A stretch of DNA of 64,000 nt from Thermoplasmatales archaeon (GTDB taxonomy: Archaea > Thermoplasmatota > E2 > DHVEG-1): positions 89,860 through 153,859 of the forward strand of contig CP070724.1 in assembly GCA_020350825.1 (NCBI GenBank). Reading direction: 5' to 3'. Below the pieces are notes generated by a model. It saw nothing but the letters and a program-made list of their open reading frames with translations. It searched no databases and was not told the DNA's origin. Shown piece by piece: positions 23,275 to 35,051 of the stretch (position 1 is its first letter; the number at the start of each line of letters is the position of its first letter). The position numbers and the translations under genes were made by a program.

Positions 23275-26200
23275 CTATTTGCGTATCCCAATTTCAGCAT
23301 CTAATTCGTCGATCTTCCACTTTTTAACAAGATTTCCCTTAGGTTTTTCCACAAAGGATACTATTTTTGATCGTGTTTCTACTTTTATATAATCTTCCCA
23401 TTTCTGAAGCGCCACTTTCTTCTTGATCCCAACATCGATTTCGGTAGATATTCTATCCTCTACATCGAGATCTAATTCCTTTCTCATGGACTGTATTCTT
23501 CTAATTATCTCTCTAGCAAAACCTTCTGCTTCTAACTCTGGTGTTAGAATAGTATCTAAAAATAAAGTCGCATTTTCCGCATCTGCCCGTGCGACATGGT
23601 CTTTTTCATTTTTAACTATTTCAAAATCTTCATCAGTTAGTTTGATTGTCTCATTGTCTATATTGATTTTAACTTCATTATTCTTCAATAATTTCGCGTA
23701 AACTTCTTCTTTATCTAAAAGTTCTAGTGCATCGATAATGCCCTTAGCTTTTTCCTTATATTTTGGACCTAAATGAGAATAAATTGGTTTTACAGATTTT
23801 ATCATAAATTGACTTGGATCTCTGGCAAAAGAAATCGACTTTACATTGAGTTCTTCTTTCAAGAGTCCTAGCAAATCCTTTATCGAATTCTCTATCTCGC
23901 TTGAACAGATTATTGTTGCGTCATTTAATGGATATCTAACCTTGATTCCAATCTTAGAACGCAGTGCACGACCAACTTCAACAAGTTCTCTTATTTGTTC
24001 CATTCCCTTCTCAAGCATATCATCTAGAGCTTTTTCATCTGGTGTTAAGTAATCACATAAATGAATGCTTACTGGCATTTTATCTGTTCTAAGATTCTGG
24101 TAAGTTTCTTCAGTTATAAACGGAATGAACGGAGCCAAAAGCTTTGACAAGTCAAGGAAGATATCATACATTGAAGAATATCCTGAAAGCTTGTCCTCGG
24201 TTTTTTCTTCAATCCATAATCTCTTACGTGAGCGCCTTAAATACCAATTACTGAAGTCATCAACTACAAAGCTTTCAATGGCTCTTGCTGCCTTGTGTAT
24301 TTCAAAAGTTTTTATAAACGCGTGAATCTCCCCAATCATGCGGTTAAATCTACTCAACACCCACTTATCCAAGAACCCTCTCTTTGAAACAGGGATCATA
24401 TCCTTTTTCGGGTCAAACTTGTCAAGATATGCATATGTTGTAAAGAAATTATAGGAATTCCAAAACGTTAAAATGAATTTACCTAGTGTATCTTTGACTG
24501 CTTCCTCATAAAACCGTGTTGACATCCAAGGTGCATTTGCCGATATAAGATACCAACGCAATGCATCAGCACCTTCATGATCAAGAATAATATTTGGATC
24601 TACATAATTTTTTTTACTTTTGCTCATCTTTTGATTATCTTTATCTAAAACTAAGCCAAGTGTCAATACTGTCTTGTACGGGTTTTTGTCAAACAAGAAT
24701 GTAGATATTGCAAGTAATGAATAGAACCATCCACGTGTTTGATCCAAGGCTTCACTAATAAAATCTACTGGGAAATTGGCTCTAAATTTTTCTTTATTTT
24801 CAAAAGGATAATGCCACTGTGCAAAAAATGAGGATCCAGAATCATACCAACAGTCGATAACCTCTTTTTCTCGGGTCATTTTTGATTTACATTTTGGACA
24901 TTTGATAATTAGTTCGTCAACAAACGGTTTATGTAAGTCAAAATCAGCAGGAAATGATTCACTTAAATCTTTTAGTTCTTGAATACTACCCACACAGATT
25001 GTAGATTTACATTCTTTATTGTCACAGATCCAGATTGGTAAAGGTGTTCCCCAATATCTATCACGTGAAAGAGCCCAATCTTTAACCTCCCTTATAAAAT
25101 CTCCAAATCGTCCCTGTTGAAGATGTTCTGGATACCAATAAATTTGATTATTATTTTTTATCAACGAATCTTGTACCTTAGACATCGAAATAAACCAAGA
25201 TTCCATGGCATAGTAAAGTAAGGGTGAGTCACATCGCCAGCAAAATGGATATTCATGAGTATAATCCCTGGTTCCCTCGAGTAATTTTCGTTCTTCCAAA
25301 TATTCAATAATACTGGGATCTGCATCCTTAACAAACTTTCCTTTCCACAGTGTAACCTCATCGGGAAAAGTTCCATCTAGTTTAACCAACTGAACAACGG
25401 GGAGATCATATTCTCTGCCAATATTATAATCATCTTCACCGAAAGCAGGAGCAATGTGAACAATACCTGTTCCTTCTTCCATAGTTACAAAATCTGCACA
25501 GATGACATACCATGCCTTTTTGTCTGGTTTAGCATAAGGAAATAACGGCTCATATTCTATTTTCTCAAGTTCTCTTCCTGAAAAACCATCTAGCAAGTCA
25601 TATTCCTGACCTTTCAACAAGGCTGCTGCACGGGCCTCTGCTAAAATCAAGTTTTGTCCTTTATAAAGTATTTTTATATATGTTTCATTTGGATTAACAG
25701 CAAGTGCTACATTTGATATAAGAGTCCAAGGGGTTGTAGTCCATGCTAGAAAATAAGAATCTTCATTTTTCAGTTTGAATTTTACAAAGATGGATGGCTC
25801 CTCAACTGTCTTATATCCCTGTGCAATCTCATGAGCAGAAAGTACAGTACCACAACGTGGGCAATAAGGAACAACTTTATGGCCTTTATACAATAGTTTA
25901 TTTTTCCATGCTTGTTTAAGAGACCACCAGACAGATTCGATATACTCGTTTTTAAAGGTTATATATGGGTCGTCCATATCAACCCAGAACGCAATACGGT
26001 TAGTCATATCAACCCAGGCGCGTTCGTATTTGAGTGTACTTTTTTTACATTCTTTGTTAAACTTGGAAATTCCATAATTTTCAATAGCTTGTTTATCTTC
26101 CAATCCAAGCTGTTTTTCTACCTCTATTTCAACCGGTAAACCATGAGTATCCCAACCTGCTTTTCTTCTGATATAATGTCCATTCATTGCCTGATAGCGT

Positions 26201-26406
26201 AGAACAAGATCTTTCATTACTCTTGTGAGAACATGACCAGGATGGGGAAGTCCATTTGCAGTTGGAGGTCCTTCTAAAAAAATATAAGGTTTACAATCCT
26301 TTCTTTGCTCAATGGATTTTTTGAATATTTCATTTTCTTGCCAGAACTTTTGAATTTTTTCTTCTACTTCTTTTGGGACATATTTTTGAGGCGGAGATTT
26401 AATCAT
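23275..26406 (-). CDS. ileS: Isoleucyl-tRNA synthetase (archaeal/eukaryotic type)
   Basis: PPTANGLPHPGHVLT (HIGH), GWDTHGLPVE, KMSKSKKNYVDP, and Zn-finger CPKCKS insertions. Confidence 0.95.
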   Translation of the reverse strand: MIKSPPQKYVPKEVEEKIQKFWQENEIFKKSIEQRKDCKPYIFLEGPPTANGLPHPGHVLTRVMKDLVLRYQAMNGHYIRRKAGWDTHGLPVEIEVEKQLGLEDKQAIENYGISKFNKECKKSTLKYERAWVDMTNRIAFWVDMDDPYITFKNEYIESVWWSLKQAWKNKLLYKGHKVVPYCPRCGTVLSAHEIAQGYKTVEEPSIFVKFKLKNEDSYFLAWTTTPWTLISNVALAVNPNETYIKILYKGQNLILAEARAAALLKGQEYDLLDGFSGRELEKIEYEPLFPYAKPDKKAWYVICADFVTMEEGTGIVHIAPAFGEDDYNIGREYDLPVVQLVKLDGTFPDEVTLWKGKFVKDADPSIIEYLEERKLLEGTRDYTHEYPFCWRCDSPLLYYAMESWFISMSKVQDSLIKNNNQIYWYPEHLQQGRFGDFIREVKDWALSRDRYWGTPLPIWICDNKECKSTICVGSIQELKDLSESFPADFDLHKPFVDELIIKCPKCKSKMTREKEVIDCWYDSGSSFFAQWHYPFENKEKFRANFPVDFISEALDQTRGWFYSLLAISTFLFDKNPYKTVLTLGLVLDKDNQKMSKSKKNYVDPNIILDHEGADALRWYLISANAPWMSTRFYEEAVKDTLGKFILTFWNSYNFFTTYAYLDKFDPKKDMIPVSKRGFLDKWVLSRFNRMIGEIHAFIKTFEIHKAARAIESFVVDDFSNWYLRRSRKRLWIEEKTEDKLSGYSSMYDIFLDLSKLLAPFIPFITEETYQNLRTDKMPVSIHLCDYLTPDEKALDDMLEKGMEQIRELVEVGRALRSKIGIKVRYPLNDATIICSSEIENSIKDLLGLLKEELNVKSISFARDPSQFMIKSVKPIYSHLGPKYKEKAKGIIDALELLDKEEVYAKLLKNNEVKINIDNETIKLTDEDFEIVKNEKDHVARADAENATLFLDTILTPELEAEGFAREIIRRIQSMRKELDLDVEDRISTEIDVGIKKKVALQKWEDYIKVETRSKIVSFVEKPKGNLVKKWKIDELDAEIGIRK

Positions 26407-26599
26407 TGTATTTTCACCGAATTAGAATACAATCTTATAGAATCTACACATAATGACACAACACCATTAAAACCATTTCCATCAATTCAACAGATTACAT
26501 CGTCTTAAATAAACAATTTGTTTTTCCTTGATGATTTTATATGTTTTTATAGTTATATTATGCTATAAAATTAAATAAAGGAAAAAGAGAGTTGGTATG

Positions 26600-27736
26600 T
26601 CACTGGAGATATAACAGCACTAGTCGTTCTAATAGTGGGTGACGTTCTATGAGTTTTTCAAATGTTTTATTATCCAGATTTTTAAGCCAATTATAAATTT
26701 GAGCCATATTAGATTTAGCGATAGTTCTCGGGCGGGTGTTTTCGGCATCGGTTTTAACACCTGATTCTGTTTTAAATTCTTTAATGGATCCATATGCAAT
26801 ACCACATTCAGCATTGTCTGCAACGGCTCTAAACCAATAAGTCGTATCAGATTTCAAACCTCCGACATATGCTGTGAAATCACCAGTTGTATTCATTATC
26901 TGATGCGTAGTATTCTCATCTAAATTATTTGGATTATCGTCTCCATACTCAAACCATACTTCACAAGTTTCTACTCCCCCCAAATGCCAAAGTTTTCCTG
27001 GTAAAACAGCGTAATCAACACCTACTTCACTAGGTAAATATGTTTGAACACCTGCCTGTCCTGGCGCGACACTTAAAATTATTCCATCAGTAGTATCTAC
27101 ATCATTTATTGCAACAGCCTTATAATAAATCGTGTCACATTTTACTAAATCTGTGAGGCTAGCATTGAAGTCACCTGTTGAAGTTAGTGTTTGATGTGGT
27201 GTTTCATCTACCATAAGATCGGGATCTTCTCCATAAACAAAAAATACCTCACATGAGGGTGCACCCCCCATAAAACCTAGGTTTCCTCTAAGAACCGCAG
27301 AATTCAATTCAACATCAGTAGCCCAATATGTATGTACTATTGGGCGACCTGGGAGAAAAGTTCTATCTATTCCACTGTATATCTTGCTGTTCGGTCCTTG
27401 ATACTCAGCAAAAGCTCTGTAATGATAGGTTGTTGTACGATCGAGATCTTCAATATCAAGATAGAAGGTTTGAAAACCAGTATGCCAAGTTGCCCATTCT
27501 TTATGAGCATAAAGATCCAAATCATTATGTTTTTCCGTATCCCAAACAAATCCTTCCTCCCAATTATCCGCAGATTGTAGAAGGGATAATCGTCCCCATA
27601 TTCTAACAGCGGTTGCTTCAGTATTCATATTTTCCCAACCTTCAGTAAAAACAGTAAATACCTCTGCACACCCTGATAGAACAGAGAAACACACCAGCGT
27701 TGATGCCATTAATATTACTAATTTTTTTTCATTCAT
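26600..27736 (-). CDS. Lipoprotein-like secreted protein with three tandem Fn3-like repeats
   Basis: Lipobox-like VLSGCAEV. Three ~100-aa repeats share A.L.G.L..GG..CEV.F.YG and end in TTYHYRAFA / DTIYYKAVA / TTYWFRAVA. Confidence 0.7.
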   Translation of the reverse strand: MNEKKLVILMASTLVCFSVLSGCAEVFTVFTEGWENMNTEATAVRIWGRLSLLQSADNWEEGFVWDTEKHNDLDLYAHKEWATWHTGFQTFYLDIEDLDRTTTYHYRAFAEYQGPNSKIYSGIDRTFLPGRPIVHTYWATDVELNSAVLRGNLGFMGGAPSCEVFFVYGEDPDLMVDETPHQTLTSTGDFNASLTDLVKCDTIYYKAVAINDVDTTDGIILSVAPGQAGVQTYLPSEVGVDYAVLPGKLWHLGGVETCEVWFEYGDDNPNNLDENTTHQIMNTTGDFTAYVGGLKSDTTYWFRAVADNAECGIAYGSIKEFKTESGVKTDAENTRPRTIAKSNMAQIYNWLKNLDNKTFEKLIERHPLLERLVLLYLQ

Positions 27737-27822
27737 ATTATTCCCCCTTACTATATCTTATAATGTTAAAATAAAACAGATTACTTTTATTTATATTTTT
27801 GCTTAAATGTTTCCATTTGTTT

Positions 27823-29133
27823 TTAATAATTCTTAATATCTTCTGACTTCATAAACTCTCTCAAAAGTGAGGTTGCATAACATCCTTTTTGCAATTCAAA
27901 CTTTAAAATCAATACCTTTTTTCCTTCGTTTAATTCGTCGGTATCCAGTTTCCAATCCATTTTGTTTAACAGTGCTAAAAATGACCGTCTTGAACCTGAT
28001 GAGGAAAGATAAGGAATTTCAGGTATGATGAAATCCCTATGATCAATTTTTTCTTTCTCAACTATTTTATGTTCAATTTCACCCATATCTCCTTCAGGAA
28101 AGATTGAGTCACTACCAACCAAAAGCCCACTAACAAATGCTTTTTTCTTTGAAACTTGTCTATTTACTTTTTCTATATTTGATTTAGTTACCATAATTCC
28201 ATTATAATCTATTACGTTCTTCCTAACGGGCAGAATAATATCACCAACTATTGCTTTATTTAAAGGGATATTTTTCCGAATGCGTTCACTTAATATTCGA
28301 TTAAAAAGGTAGGATTGGTAAGCACTGACAAACATGGTTAAAAGATTTTTTGGCAGCTCTTTCAATGCACCAACAAAATCCTCTGGGTCAGTTACCAACT
28401 TATTGAGGATTGCTTTTTCAAAATTTAGAGAATTTGGGTAAGATTGTAATGCTCTGGAGAAATCATACGATTTCTCTAAATCATCTCTCAATCTATATGT
28501 ATCCTTGTTTTCACCTGCCATAGGATTTGCAATATAACTCATTACTGCTTTTTCAAAATCTCCGTTTATTATGTGTTTACCTACAATATGGGTAATAGGC
28601 CTCATAATTCCAAAACGTTGCACTCCATAAAAATTGGGAAATCCACAATGTTTCTCCAGATAGCCAGCAATATTTTGTACTTTTTCTTGTTTGACGTTTT
28701 TATCTATCCTTCTAATAGTCACCTCAAATTTATTTCCATGTAACTCTCCTAGTTTTATAGGCTTATCAGTACTATAGACATTTTTAATTGTCATGTCTTT
28801 AATCTTAATGTGAGATAATTTGTCTTCAGGAATATTATAAAAAGACATAAGTTGTGTACTACATGCTCTTTTATCTTTAGTACCTGCAAAACTTATTCTC
28901 TTTCTAGAAATATGTAACTTTTTAGACATCTCACGTACTAAAGTATTGGTTTCCCAATTCCTGCTTGATATTTCAGCAATGGTGAACAAACCGTTTTCCT
29001 TTCGATTTGGATATAAGAAAATTTCTTTAACAATAAAATCCTCAGGTAGGCTACGAAGCTTTCCACCTATTCCCAACTCTTTTGTAAAAAAAGTCTCTAT
29101 ACCAATATATTCTTCAAAATCCAAACTTTTCAT
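27823..29133 (-). CDS. truD: tRNA pseudouridine synthase TruD/Pus7 family
   Basis: Catalytic motif FAGTKDKRA, N-terminal PEDFIVKE, 436 aa. Confidence 0.85.
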   Translation of the reverse strand: MKSLDFEEYIGIETFFTKELGIGGKLRSLPEDFIVKEIFLYPNRKENGLFTIAEISSRNWETNTLVREMSKKLHISRKRISFAGTKDKRACSTQLMSFYNIPEDKLSHIKIKDMTIKNVYSTDKPIKLGELHGNKFEVTIRRIDKNVKQEKVQNIAGYLEKHCGFPNFYGVQRFGIMRPITHIVGKHIINGDFEKAVMSYIANPMAGENKDTYRLRDDLEKSYDFSRALQSYPNSLNFEKAILNKLVTDPEDFVGALKELPKNLLTMFVSAYQSYLFNRILSERIRKNIPLNKAIVGDIILPVRKNVIDYNGIMVTKSNIEKVNRQVSKKKAFVSGLLVGSDSIFPEGDMGEIEHKIVEKEKIDHRDFIIPEIPYLSSSGSRRSFLALLNKMDWKLDTDELNEGKKVLILKFELQKGCYATSLLREFMKSEDIKNY

Positions 29134-29149
29134 CTAAAATTTGCTCTTA

Positions 29150-29413
29150 TTATTCAAAATTTTTACCAAATTTTTTAACTTCATCTCCTAACTGCTTTAC
29201 AGCTTTTTTTAGAAATTCATTTGGATTTCCTTTTTTTACTCTTATAAACAAACGTCGTTTATTAATTAAGGGATGATCTGCTATACATGTAGCATATTCA
29301 ATATCTTTGTTCTCTGACAATATGTGTATGATTGGATTAAGAATAGTCTCATTTTCATCAATAACTTCTATTTCAAGTTCTGTTTTTGTTTTTTTTATTG
29401 TTTTTACATCCAT
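29150..29413 (-). CDS. rpoL: DNA-directed RNA polymerase subunit L (Rpo11)
   Basis: 87 aa. LEIEVIDENETILNPIIHILSENKDIEYATCIADHPL fits the RpoL/RBP11 pattern. Conserved adjacency to csl4. Confidence 0.75.
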   Translation of the reverse strand: MDVKTIKKTKTELEIEVIDENETILNPIIHILSENKDIEYATCIADHPLINKRRLFIRVKKGNPNEFLKKAVKQLGDEVKKFGKNFE

Positions 29414-29443
29414 AACATCGCCTTTATTTCTCCAATAATTTAT

Positions 29444-30013
29444 TCATAGTTTATCCAAATCAAGATTTCCGTAATCCAATGCGATTCTCCTTTTTTGCTT
29501 ATTACCACAATTTTTGCATTCTAAAATATCGCCTTTTTTAACGAGTGGATACCTGCATTTCGTACATAATGATTTTATGGCACCGAGATCTCTATCTTTT
29601 GTCTCGAGTTGTATACTTGGCTTAACTTGTGTAACCTTAGCCCTAATAAAATCTCCTATTCCAAATTCAGTAGAAGGATCTTTCACATAACCTTTTGCAA
29701 TTTCTGATACACGTAGAGTAGCATTAGTATCACCAGAAATAGACCGGTTTTTCCCCATAACATGTATTACCTCAGCAATTACCATTGTTGATCTCACAGA
29801 CTCAACTTTTGCAATAACAATATCTCCTCTTTTTAGGAGTACAGGTGTGCTTGTAACAGGTTTAACCTCGGCTCTCCTGTACTTTTTATTTACAACATAT
29901 TTTCCAACTCTAGCTGCCCGAATAATACCGTCTTCTTCAAATGTTCCTTCACCAGGCAACAATTCTTCAGAAGTGGACAATTGCTCTCCAGGCATCACTA
30001 TTTTATTGTTCAT
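29444..30013 (-). CDS. csl4: Exosome complex RNA-binding subunit Csl4
   Basis: N-terminal VMPGEQL, central S1-like domain, C-terminal Zn ribbon CTKCRYPL..CKNCGN. Confidence 0.8.
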   Translation of the reverse strand: MNNKIVMPGEQLSTSEELLPGEGTFEEDGIIRAARVGKYVVNKKYRRAEVKPVTSTPVLLKRGDIVIAKVESVRSTMVIAEVIHVMGKNRSISGDTNATLRVSEIAKGYVKDPSTEFGIGDFIRAKVTQVKPSIQLETKDRDLGAIKSLCTKCRYPLVKKGDILECKNCGNKQKRRIALDYGNLDLDKL

Positions 30014-30172
30014 TGTGATTCACTATCCCTTGTAATTTCAAATTACGCAAGCCAATCTATGTTTTAAAGGTTATGGTCAATATAGATAATTAATTATATT
30101 GAAGTAAAAAGTGTTATAAATAACATATTTATTTCGATTTCCCTACTATCAGTAACTCTAGGTGTAAAAAGA

Positions 30173-30691
30173 ATGACACGAAAACCAGGCAGCATGTATA
30201 GATACATAAGGGGTAAGCCTACAACCAGAAAAGAGTATGTAGGTGGAGTACCTGCTTCGCGTATATCACAGTTTGACATGGGGAATAAAAAAGAAGATTT
30301 TCCCATGCAGTTATCACTTATTGCAATTGAGAAATGCCAAGTGAGGCATAACTCACTAGAAGCAGCTCGTATATCTGCAAATAGATCTATGGAAAAATAT
30401 GCCGGAAATACAAATTATAGATTACGTATACTTGTGTATCCTCATGTGATTCTTCGTGAAAACAAACAAGCTACGGGGGCAGGTGCAGATAGAGTTTCAC
30501 AAGGAATGAGATCGTCATATGGAAAAAATGTTAGCACCTGTGCAAGGATAGATGCCAATCAAATAGTCATGACTATCGATACAACAAAACAATATTTCCT
30601 GCATGCAAAGAAAGCGCTTAGGAAGGCAGGTATGAAGCTATCTACTCCCTGCACCATTAATATAGATAAAGGAGTCGAGTTAGTACAATAA
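30173..30691 (+). CDS. rpl10e: 50S ribosomal protein L10e (uL16)
   Basis: MTRKPGSMYRYIRGKPTTRKEYVGGVP N-terminus, 172 aa. Confidence 0.9.
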   Translation: MTRKPGSMYRYIRGKPTTRKEYVGGVPASRISQFDMGNKKEDFPMQLSLIAIEKCQVRHNSLEAARISANRSMEKYAGNTNYRLRILVYPHVILRENKQATGAGADRVSQGMRSSYGKNVSTCARIDANQIVMTIDTTKQYFLHAKKALRKAGMKLSTPCTINIDKGVELVQ

Positions 30692-30695
30692 TACA

Positions 30696-32081
30696 CTAAA
30701 GATATTTCATTAGCCAGGGGAAAATAATAAGCACTAAAATTGTCAGTGAAATAGTAACTGATACATTTTTTACTATTTTTTCTCTTTGTTCGTCTGATAA
30801 TCCTTTTTTAACCCTTTTTATAAGAGATCCCATAGCATCGTTAAAAAGAAAACCTCCATCTAATGGGACCATAGGTAGAACGTTAAACAGTGCGACAGCG
30901 AAGTTTAACCAGAAAATCCAATACAGTGCATTTATAATTATCCAAAATACATTTGTTGGAATAACACTGAGAGGGCCTGTTATTACATAGGAGTCTGTAA
31001 AAGGTGAAACAATTGGATTATATCCCTGGAGGTAACCCAGTATAGGAATAACATAGAATAAGAGAAATCCATCAGGGAATCCCTTAAATGGATTTTTTAG
31101 CGCGGAAAGATAATTATCGAATACACTATCTATCAAAAGAAATGTTCCGAGATATCCCATACCTTTAAACGATTCATTATTGAGATAACCTCTTTTTTTA
31201 TGCTCCTCATATCTATCAGTAAGAAATACAGTTGTATCAATCTCCGTATCACCTATTTTATAACTGATAGTAGTTGTCTGATTTGCGTTAGTACCCTTCA
31301 AAGCAATAATATAATCTGTAACATTTGTCACTCTTGTGTTATTTAGGGAGATGATAACCATTCCAGGTTGAAGGCCAATTTTTTCAGCGGGAGAATCGTC
31401 ATCAACAGAATAAACATGGGCACCATCTGCAGCTGGCTGAACTGCAGACATAAAAACAAAAGAGAAAAGTAGTATGCTAATCAGAACGACAATAAAATTC
31501 GATGTGGGGCCTGCGGCATAAATCCTCATTCTAGATTTTGTTTTAGCTTTTTTTAATCCCTCTTCATCAGGTTCACAAAACGCTCCGATAGGAAAGATAA
31601 GATAAAGAATTCCAAGCGATTTGACCTTTAGCTTACTTGCAATTGTTAGAATACCATGGGAGAATTCATGTACAATAATTGCAACAATAAATGCTAGGAG
31701 TATATATCCGATATATTCTAGAGGCAGTATTGGGTTAATTCCTGGAAGGACTAAAGCAATTTCAGGGCCAGGTAACGCTTCTCTCTGTTCAGGAGTAAAT
31801 CCAAAAACAAACCATGCCTGCCAAATAAGCATTATAGTCATTAAAATCATGGTTATGAAGCAAAGGATAATACCTGAACTGCCAAAGGCTTTCCAGAATC
31901 TTTTCTTTTGCGCAATTTTCTTTAAAAAATTTCTGCCTCTTTTGGTACGCCACATTAGAGCAGGGCCCATAAAAGAGATATTATATTTTTTAAAAATGCC
32001 CATTTTATTGAGTATAAAAATTATTATGGAGTATATTCCAATGATAGTAAGAAAAATCAGCAAACTCTCAATCAATGACAT
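30696..32081 (-). CDS. Site-2 protease (M50 family) with a PDZ domain
   Basis: HEFSHG (HExxH) in a TM helix and LPMVPLDGG second motif, with a PDZ-like segment SPAEKIGLQPGMVIISLN between them. Confidence 0.85.
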   Translation of the reverse strand: MSLIESLLIFLTIIGIYSIIIFILNKMGIFKKYNISFMGPALMWRTKRGRNFLKKIAQKKRFWKAFGSSGIILCFITMILMTIMLIWQAWFVFGFTPEQREALPGPEIALVLPGINPILPLEYIGYILLAFIVAIIVHEFSHGILTIASKLKVKSLGILYLIFPIGAFCEPDEEGLKKAKTKSRMRIYAAGPTSNFIVVLISILLFSFVFMSAVQPAADGAHVYSVDDDSPAEKIGLQPGMVIISLNNTRVTNVTDYIIALKGTNANQTTTISYKIGDTEIDTTVFLTDRYEEHKKRGYLNNESFKGMGYLGTFLLIDSVFDNYLSALKNPFKGFPDGFLLFYVIPILGYLQGYNPIVSPFTDSYVITGPLSVIPTNVFWIIINALYWIFWLNFAVALFNVLPMVPLDGGFLFNDAMGSLIKRVKKGLSDEQREKIVKNVSVTISLTILVLIIFPWLMKYL

Positions 32082-32163
32082 GGTTAATTTGTGAGGAATA
32101 AATAAGTATTTAATAAACTAACTGTAATAAACTAACCTAAATTGCTCTGTGATCGAATATATC

Positions 32164-33297
32164 TTAATCAGCTTTTTCTAAAAGTTTAGTTGTTTGTTCT
32201 TCAATATCTATTTCGTGTTCTTCTGTAATGTATATATCTTTGATGTAATGATAAGTAACTGCTCCAATAAATGCTATTAAAATGCCTACCGAGATGTATC
32301 CAATAAATTCAAATGTTAGAAAAGGAGTGATTGAAAAATCATTAAGTAAAGAATAGTATAAGGATTTAAAGATAGCAGAAGCAGTAAACCCAAATGCAAA
32401 TAGTGAAAATGGGACAATCCAGTATGACCAACTTACTTTATTTTTTCTAACATATAAATCTGTTACTCTTCCAAATGCAGCGACTAGGCCTGCTGATACT
32501 ATACCCCATGTTATATCTTTAAGAAAGGACACAACTGGAATTGCCCAAAGCAACTCTAGATTAAAATTTGTGTTATTATACGCGTAAAATACACTAACTG
32601 CTAGTATTACAATAGCAATTATGTATGTGTAAAAGGATAGTTTTCCGGTAAGCATCCCTGATTTCATTTCATGGAACATAAATGCAATGTTTCTTTCCCA
32701 GTTAAATACCCTAATTAGAAGATAGGCTCCTAAGGTGAAAAGAATTGCTCCAAATCCACTTGCAGCAATATTTAAAATGGCAAATATTGCCCATACAATG
32801 AGGATTAACGCTATTGGTAAGATAAACTGTTTTTTAACCTTGTCATCGTCTAAAAGTTTGATGATCTTATAGTAAGTATCTTCTAGTTCCTTACTTTGTT
32901 TTACACTTACTCTTTGAATAGAAGTTATCTTCAATCTGGATTGAACTATGGGGAGAATATATTCATCTTCTGCCCCGTCACTTATTAAAATTGCTTCTTC
33001 TGCACCTGTTTTTTCAATCACCGTTTTCAATTGATCAGTAATTTTCTGATCTGATTTCACTCCTACGTTTATATCTCCGCAGAGGGTTGCTATCTCTACG
33101 TTTTTTCCTTCTTTATTTATTCTATCGTACGTAGATATAGCTAAAAAAATGGCATTAAGATCTGAATCTTCAGGATCTATACGGCCTAATTTATTTGCAG
33201 CATCAAGATTATCTTGAACTCCAATTATAGGGCTCTTTACCTTTGCTTTTCTGCCAAAATCATCATCACGATCTATGTTTAATATCAATGTTTTCAT
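32164..33297 (-). CDS. DUF373-like archaeal membrane protein
   Basis: Soluble N-terminal domain LILNIDRDDDFGRKAKVKSPIIG..DPEDSDLNAIF followed by ~7 TM helices. Confidence 0.65.
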   Translation of the reverse strand: MKTLILNIDRDDDFGRKAKVKSPIIGVQDNLDAANKLGRIDPEDSDLNAIFLAISTYDRINKEGKNVEIATLCGDINVGVKSDQKITDQLKTVIEKTGAEEAILISDGAEDEYILPIVQSRLKITSIQRVSVKQSKELEDTYYKIIKLLDDDKVKKQFILPIALILIVWAIFAILNIAASGFGAILFTLGAYLLIRVFNWERNIAFMFHEMKSGMLTGKLSFYTYIIAIVILAVSVFYAYNNTNFNLELLWAIPVVSFLKDITWGIVSAGLVAAFGRVTDLYVRKNKVSWSYWIVPFSLFAFGFTASAIFKSLYYSLLNDFSITPFLTFEFIGYISVGILIAFIGAVTYHYIKDIYITEEHEIDIEEQTTKLLEKAD

Positions 33298-33407
33298 TGA
33301 TTGTCAGAAATGATAACAGTTCGTGTATATAAAATTTTGTTAATTTGAAAAATAAGTTGTAAGATTCACCAAAATCAAATATACCAAAAATATATTCACC
33401 TTTTTGT

Positions 33408-35051
33408 ATGCCTTTAGTTACATTTGATTATAATGATTTCATCGACCTTCTTGGTTATAATATTCCAAAGGAAAAACTAATTGAAAAACTTCCAATGATT
33501 GGCGGAAGCTTTGATAAGATCGAAGATGAAGAACTCAGTATAGAATTTTTCCCAAATAGACCTGATTTAACCTCCGTTGAAGGTATTGCTAGGGCAGCAA
33601 GAGCTTTTTTTGAATTTGAAGTGGGATTAAAAAAATACGATATTGCAAAATCAGATATTTCAATAACTGTGGATCCTTCAGTAAAAGGAGTTAGACCTTT
33701 TGTTACCACCGCTCTTATAAAAAATGTTACTATGACTGACGAACTGATAGCCTCGCTTATGGACATGCAAGAAAAGCTTCATTTTGGACTTGGGAGAAAT
33801 AGAAGAAAGGTTGCAATAGGTGTTCATAATTTCGAGCCAGTGACGCCCCCTTTTACATATAAGGCTGTTGAACCGGATTCTGTTCAGTTTATTCCTCTTG
33901 CAAAAGATGAATATATGACACTTAGTGAAATATTGGAGAAGCATGAAAAAGGGGTTGATTATGCTTATCTTCTTGAGAAATTTGACAAATATCCACTTAT
34001 AGTAGATGCTAACAATAATGTACTTTCTTTTCCTCCGATTATTAATGGTAGTTTAACTGAGGTAACCCCTTTTACAAAAAATATATTTATCGATGTTACT
34101 GGCTCAGATAGAAAATCAATAAATTATGCTTTGAATATTGTGGCAACTGCCCTTGCTGAACGGGGCAGTCAGATTTTTAGTACTACTATTTATGATGAAG
34201 GAAAAAATTATTCTTCTCCAGACTTAAATCCTAATAAAAAGAACTTGTCAATTGATTATGTAAATAGAATTCTTGGGACGGGATTAAAAGAAAAAGAAGT
34301 TATAAATTATCTTGGAAAAATGGGATATGATTCAACAGAAATGAAGAAAAATAAAATCGAAGTCAAGGTACCTGCATGGAGATCAGATATTTTACATGAG
34401 GTTGACTTAGTTGAAGATGTAGCAGTTGGATATGGGTTTGATAAATTTGAAACAGATTTTCCCAAGGAATTAACATTTGGAAGAACCTTACCTCAAAATG
34501 ATTTATTAGATAGTTTAAGAAGCATAATGATTGGGCTTGGATTCAACGAGGTTACAACATTTACCATATCAAACGAAAAAGATGAATTTACCAATATGGG
34601 ACTGGATCTTGGAAAGATGGTTGAAATAGAAAATCCAATAGGTGAAGAATACTCGGGTCTGCGTACAAACGTATTGCCCTCACTCCTTAAAATATTAAGG
34701 GAGAACAGGCATCATCCATTGCCTCAACAGATTTTTGAGTTAGGAATAGTAGTTGATGAACATGCAAAAAATCGCTATAATCTTGCTGGCATTAAAATAG
34801 ATGCAAAGGCAAACTTTACTGAATCTAAATCTATTATAGAAGCAGTACTAAGGGATATAGGAATCACTTATTCAATAACCGAGGGAAATCATCCTGCTTT
34901 TATCGAGGGTAGATGTGGATCTATTATTAAAGATGAAAAAGAAATAGGGTTCTTTGGAGAGTTGCATCCAAGGACTATCCAAATTTTTGAACTTGAGCAT
35001 CCAATTATGGCCTTTGAATTAAAAGTAGACCTTCTTTCTCAGGTTTTTTAA
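33408..35051 (+). CDS. pheT: Phenylalanyl-tRNA synthetase beta subunit (archaeal type)
   Basis: [17 protein letters not shown]-terminus, [18 protein letters not shown], 547 aa. Confidence 0.9.
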   Translation: MPLVTFDYNDFIDLLGYNIPKEKLIEKLPMIGGSFDKIEDEELSIEFFPNRPDLTSVEGIARAARAFFEFEVGLKKYDIAKSDISITVDPSVKGVRPFVTTALIKNVTMTDELIASLMDMQEKLHFGLGRNRRKVAIGVHNFEPVTPPFTYKAVEPDSVQFIPLAKDEYMTLSEILEKHEKGVDYAYLLEKFDKYPLIVDANNNVLSFPPIINGSLTEVTPFTKNIFIDVTGSDRKSINYALNIVATALAERGSQIFSTTIYDEGKNYSSPDLNPNKKNLSIDYVNRILGTGLKEKEVINYLGKMGYDSTEMKKNKIEVKVPAWRSDILHEVDLVEDVAVGYGFDKFETDFPKELTFGRTLPQNDLLDSLRSIMIGLGFNEVTTFTISNEKDEFTNMGLDLGKMVEIENPIGEEYSGLRTNVLPSLLKILRENRHHPLPQQIFELGIVVDEHAKNRYNLAGIKIDAKANFTESKSIIEAVLRDIGITYSITEGNHPAFIEGRCGSIIKDEKEIGFFGELHPRTIQIFELEHPIMAFELKVDLLSQVF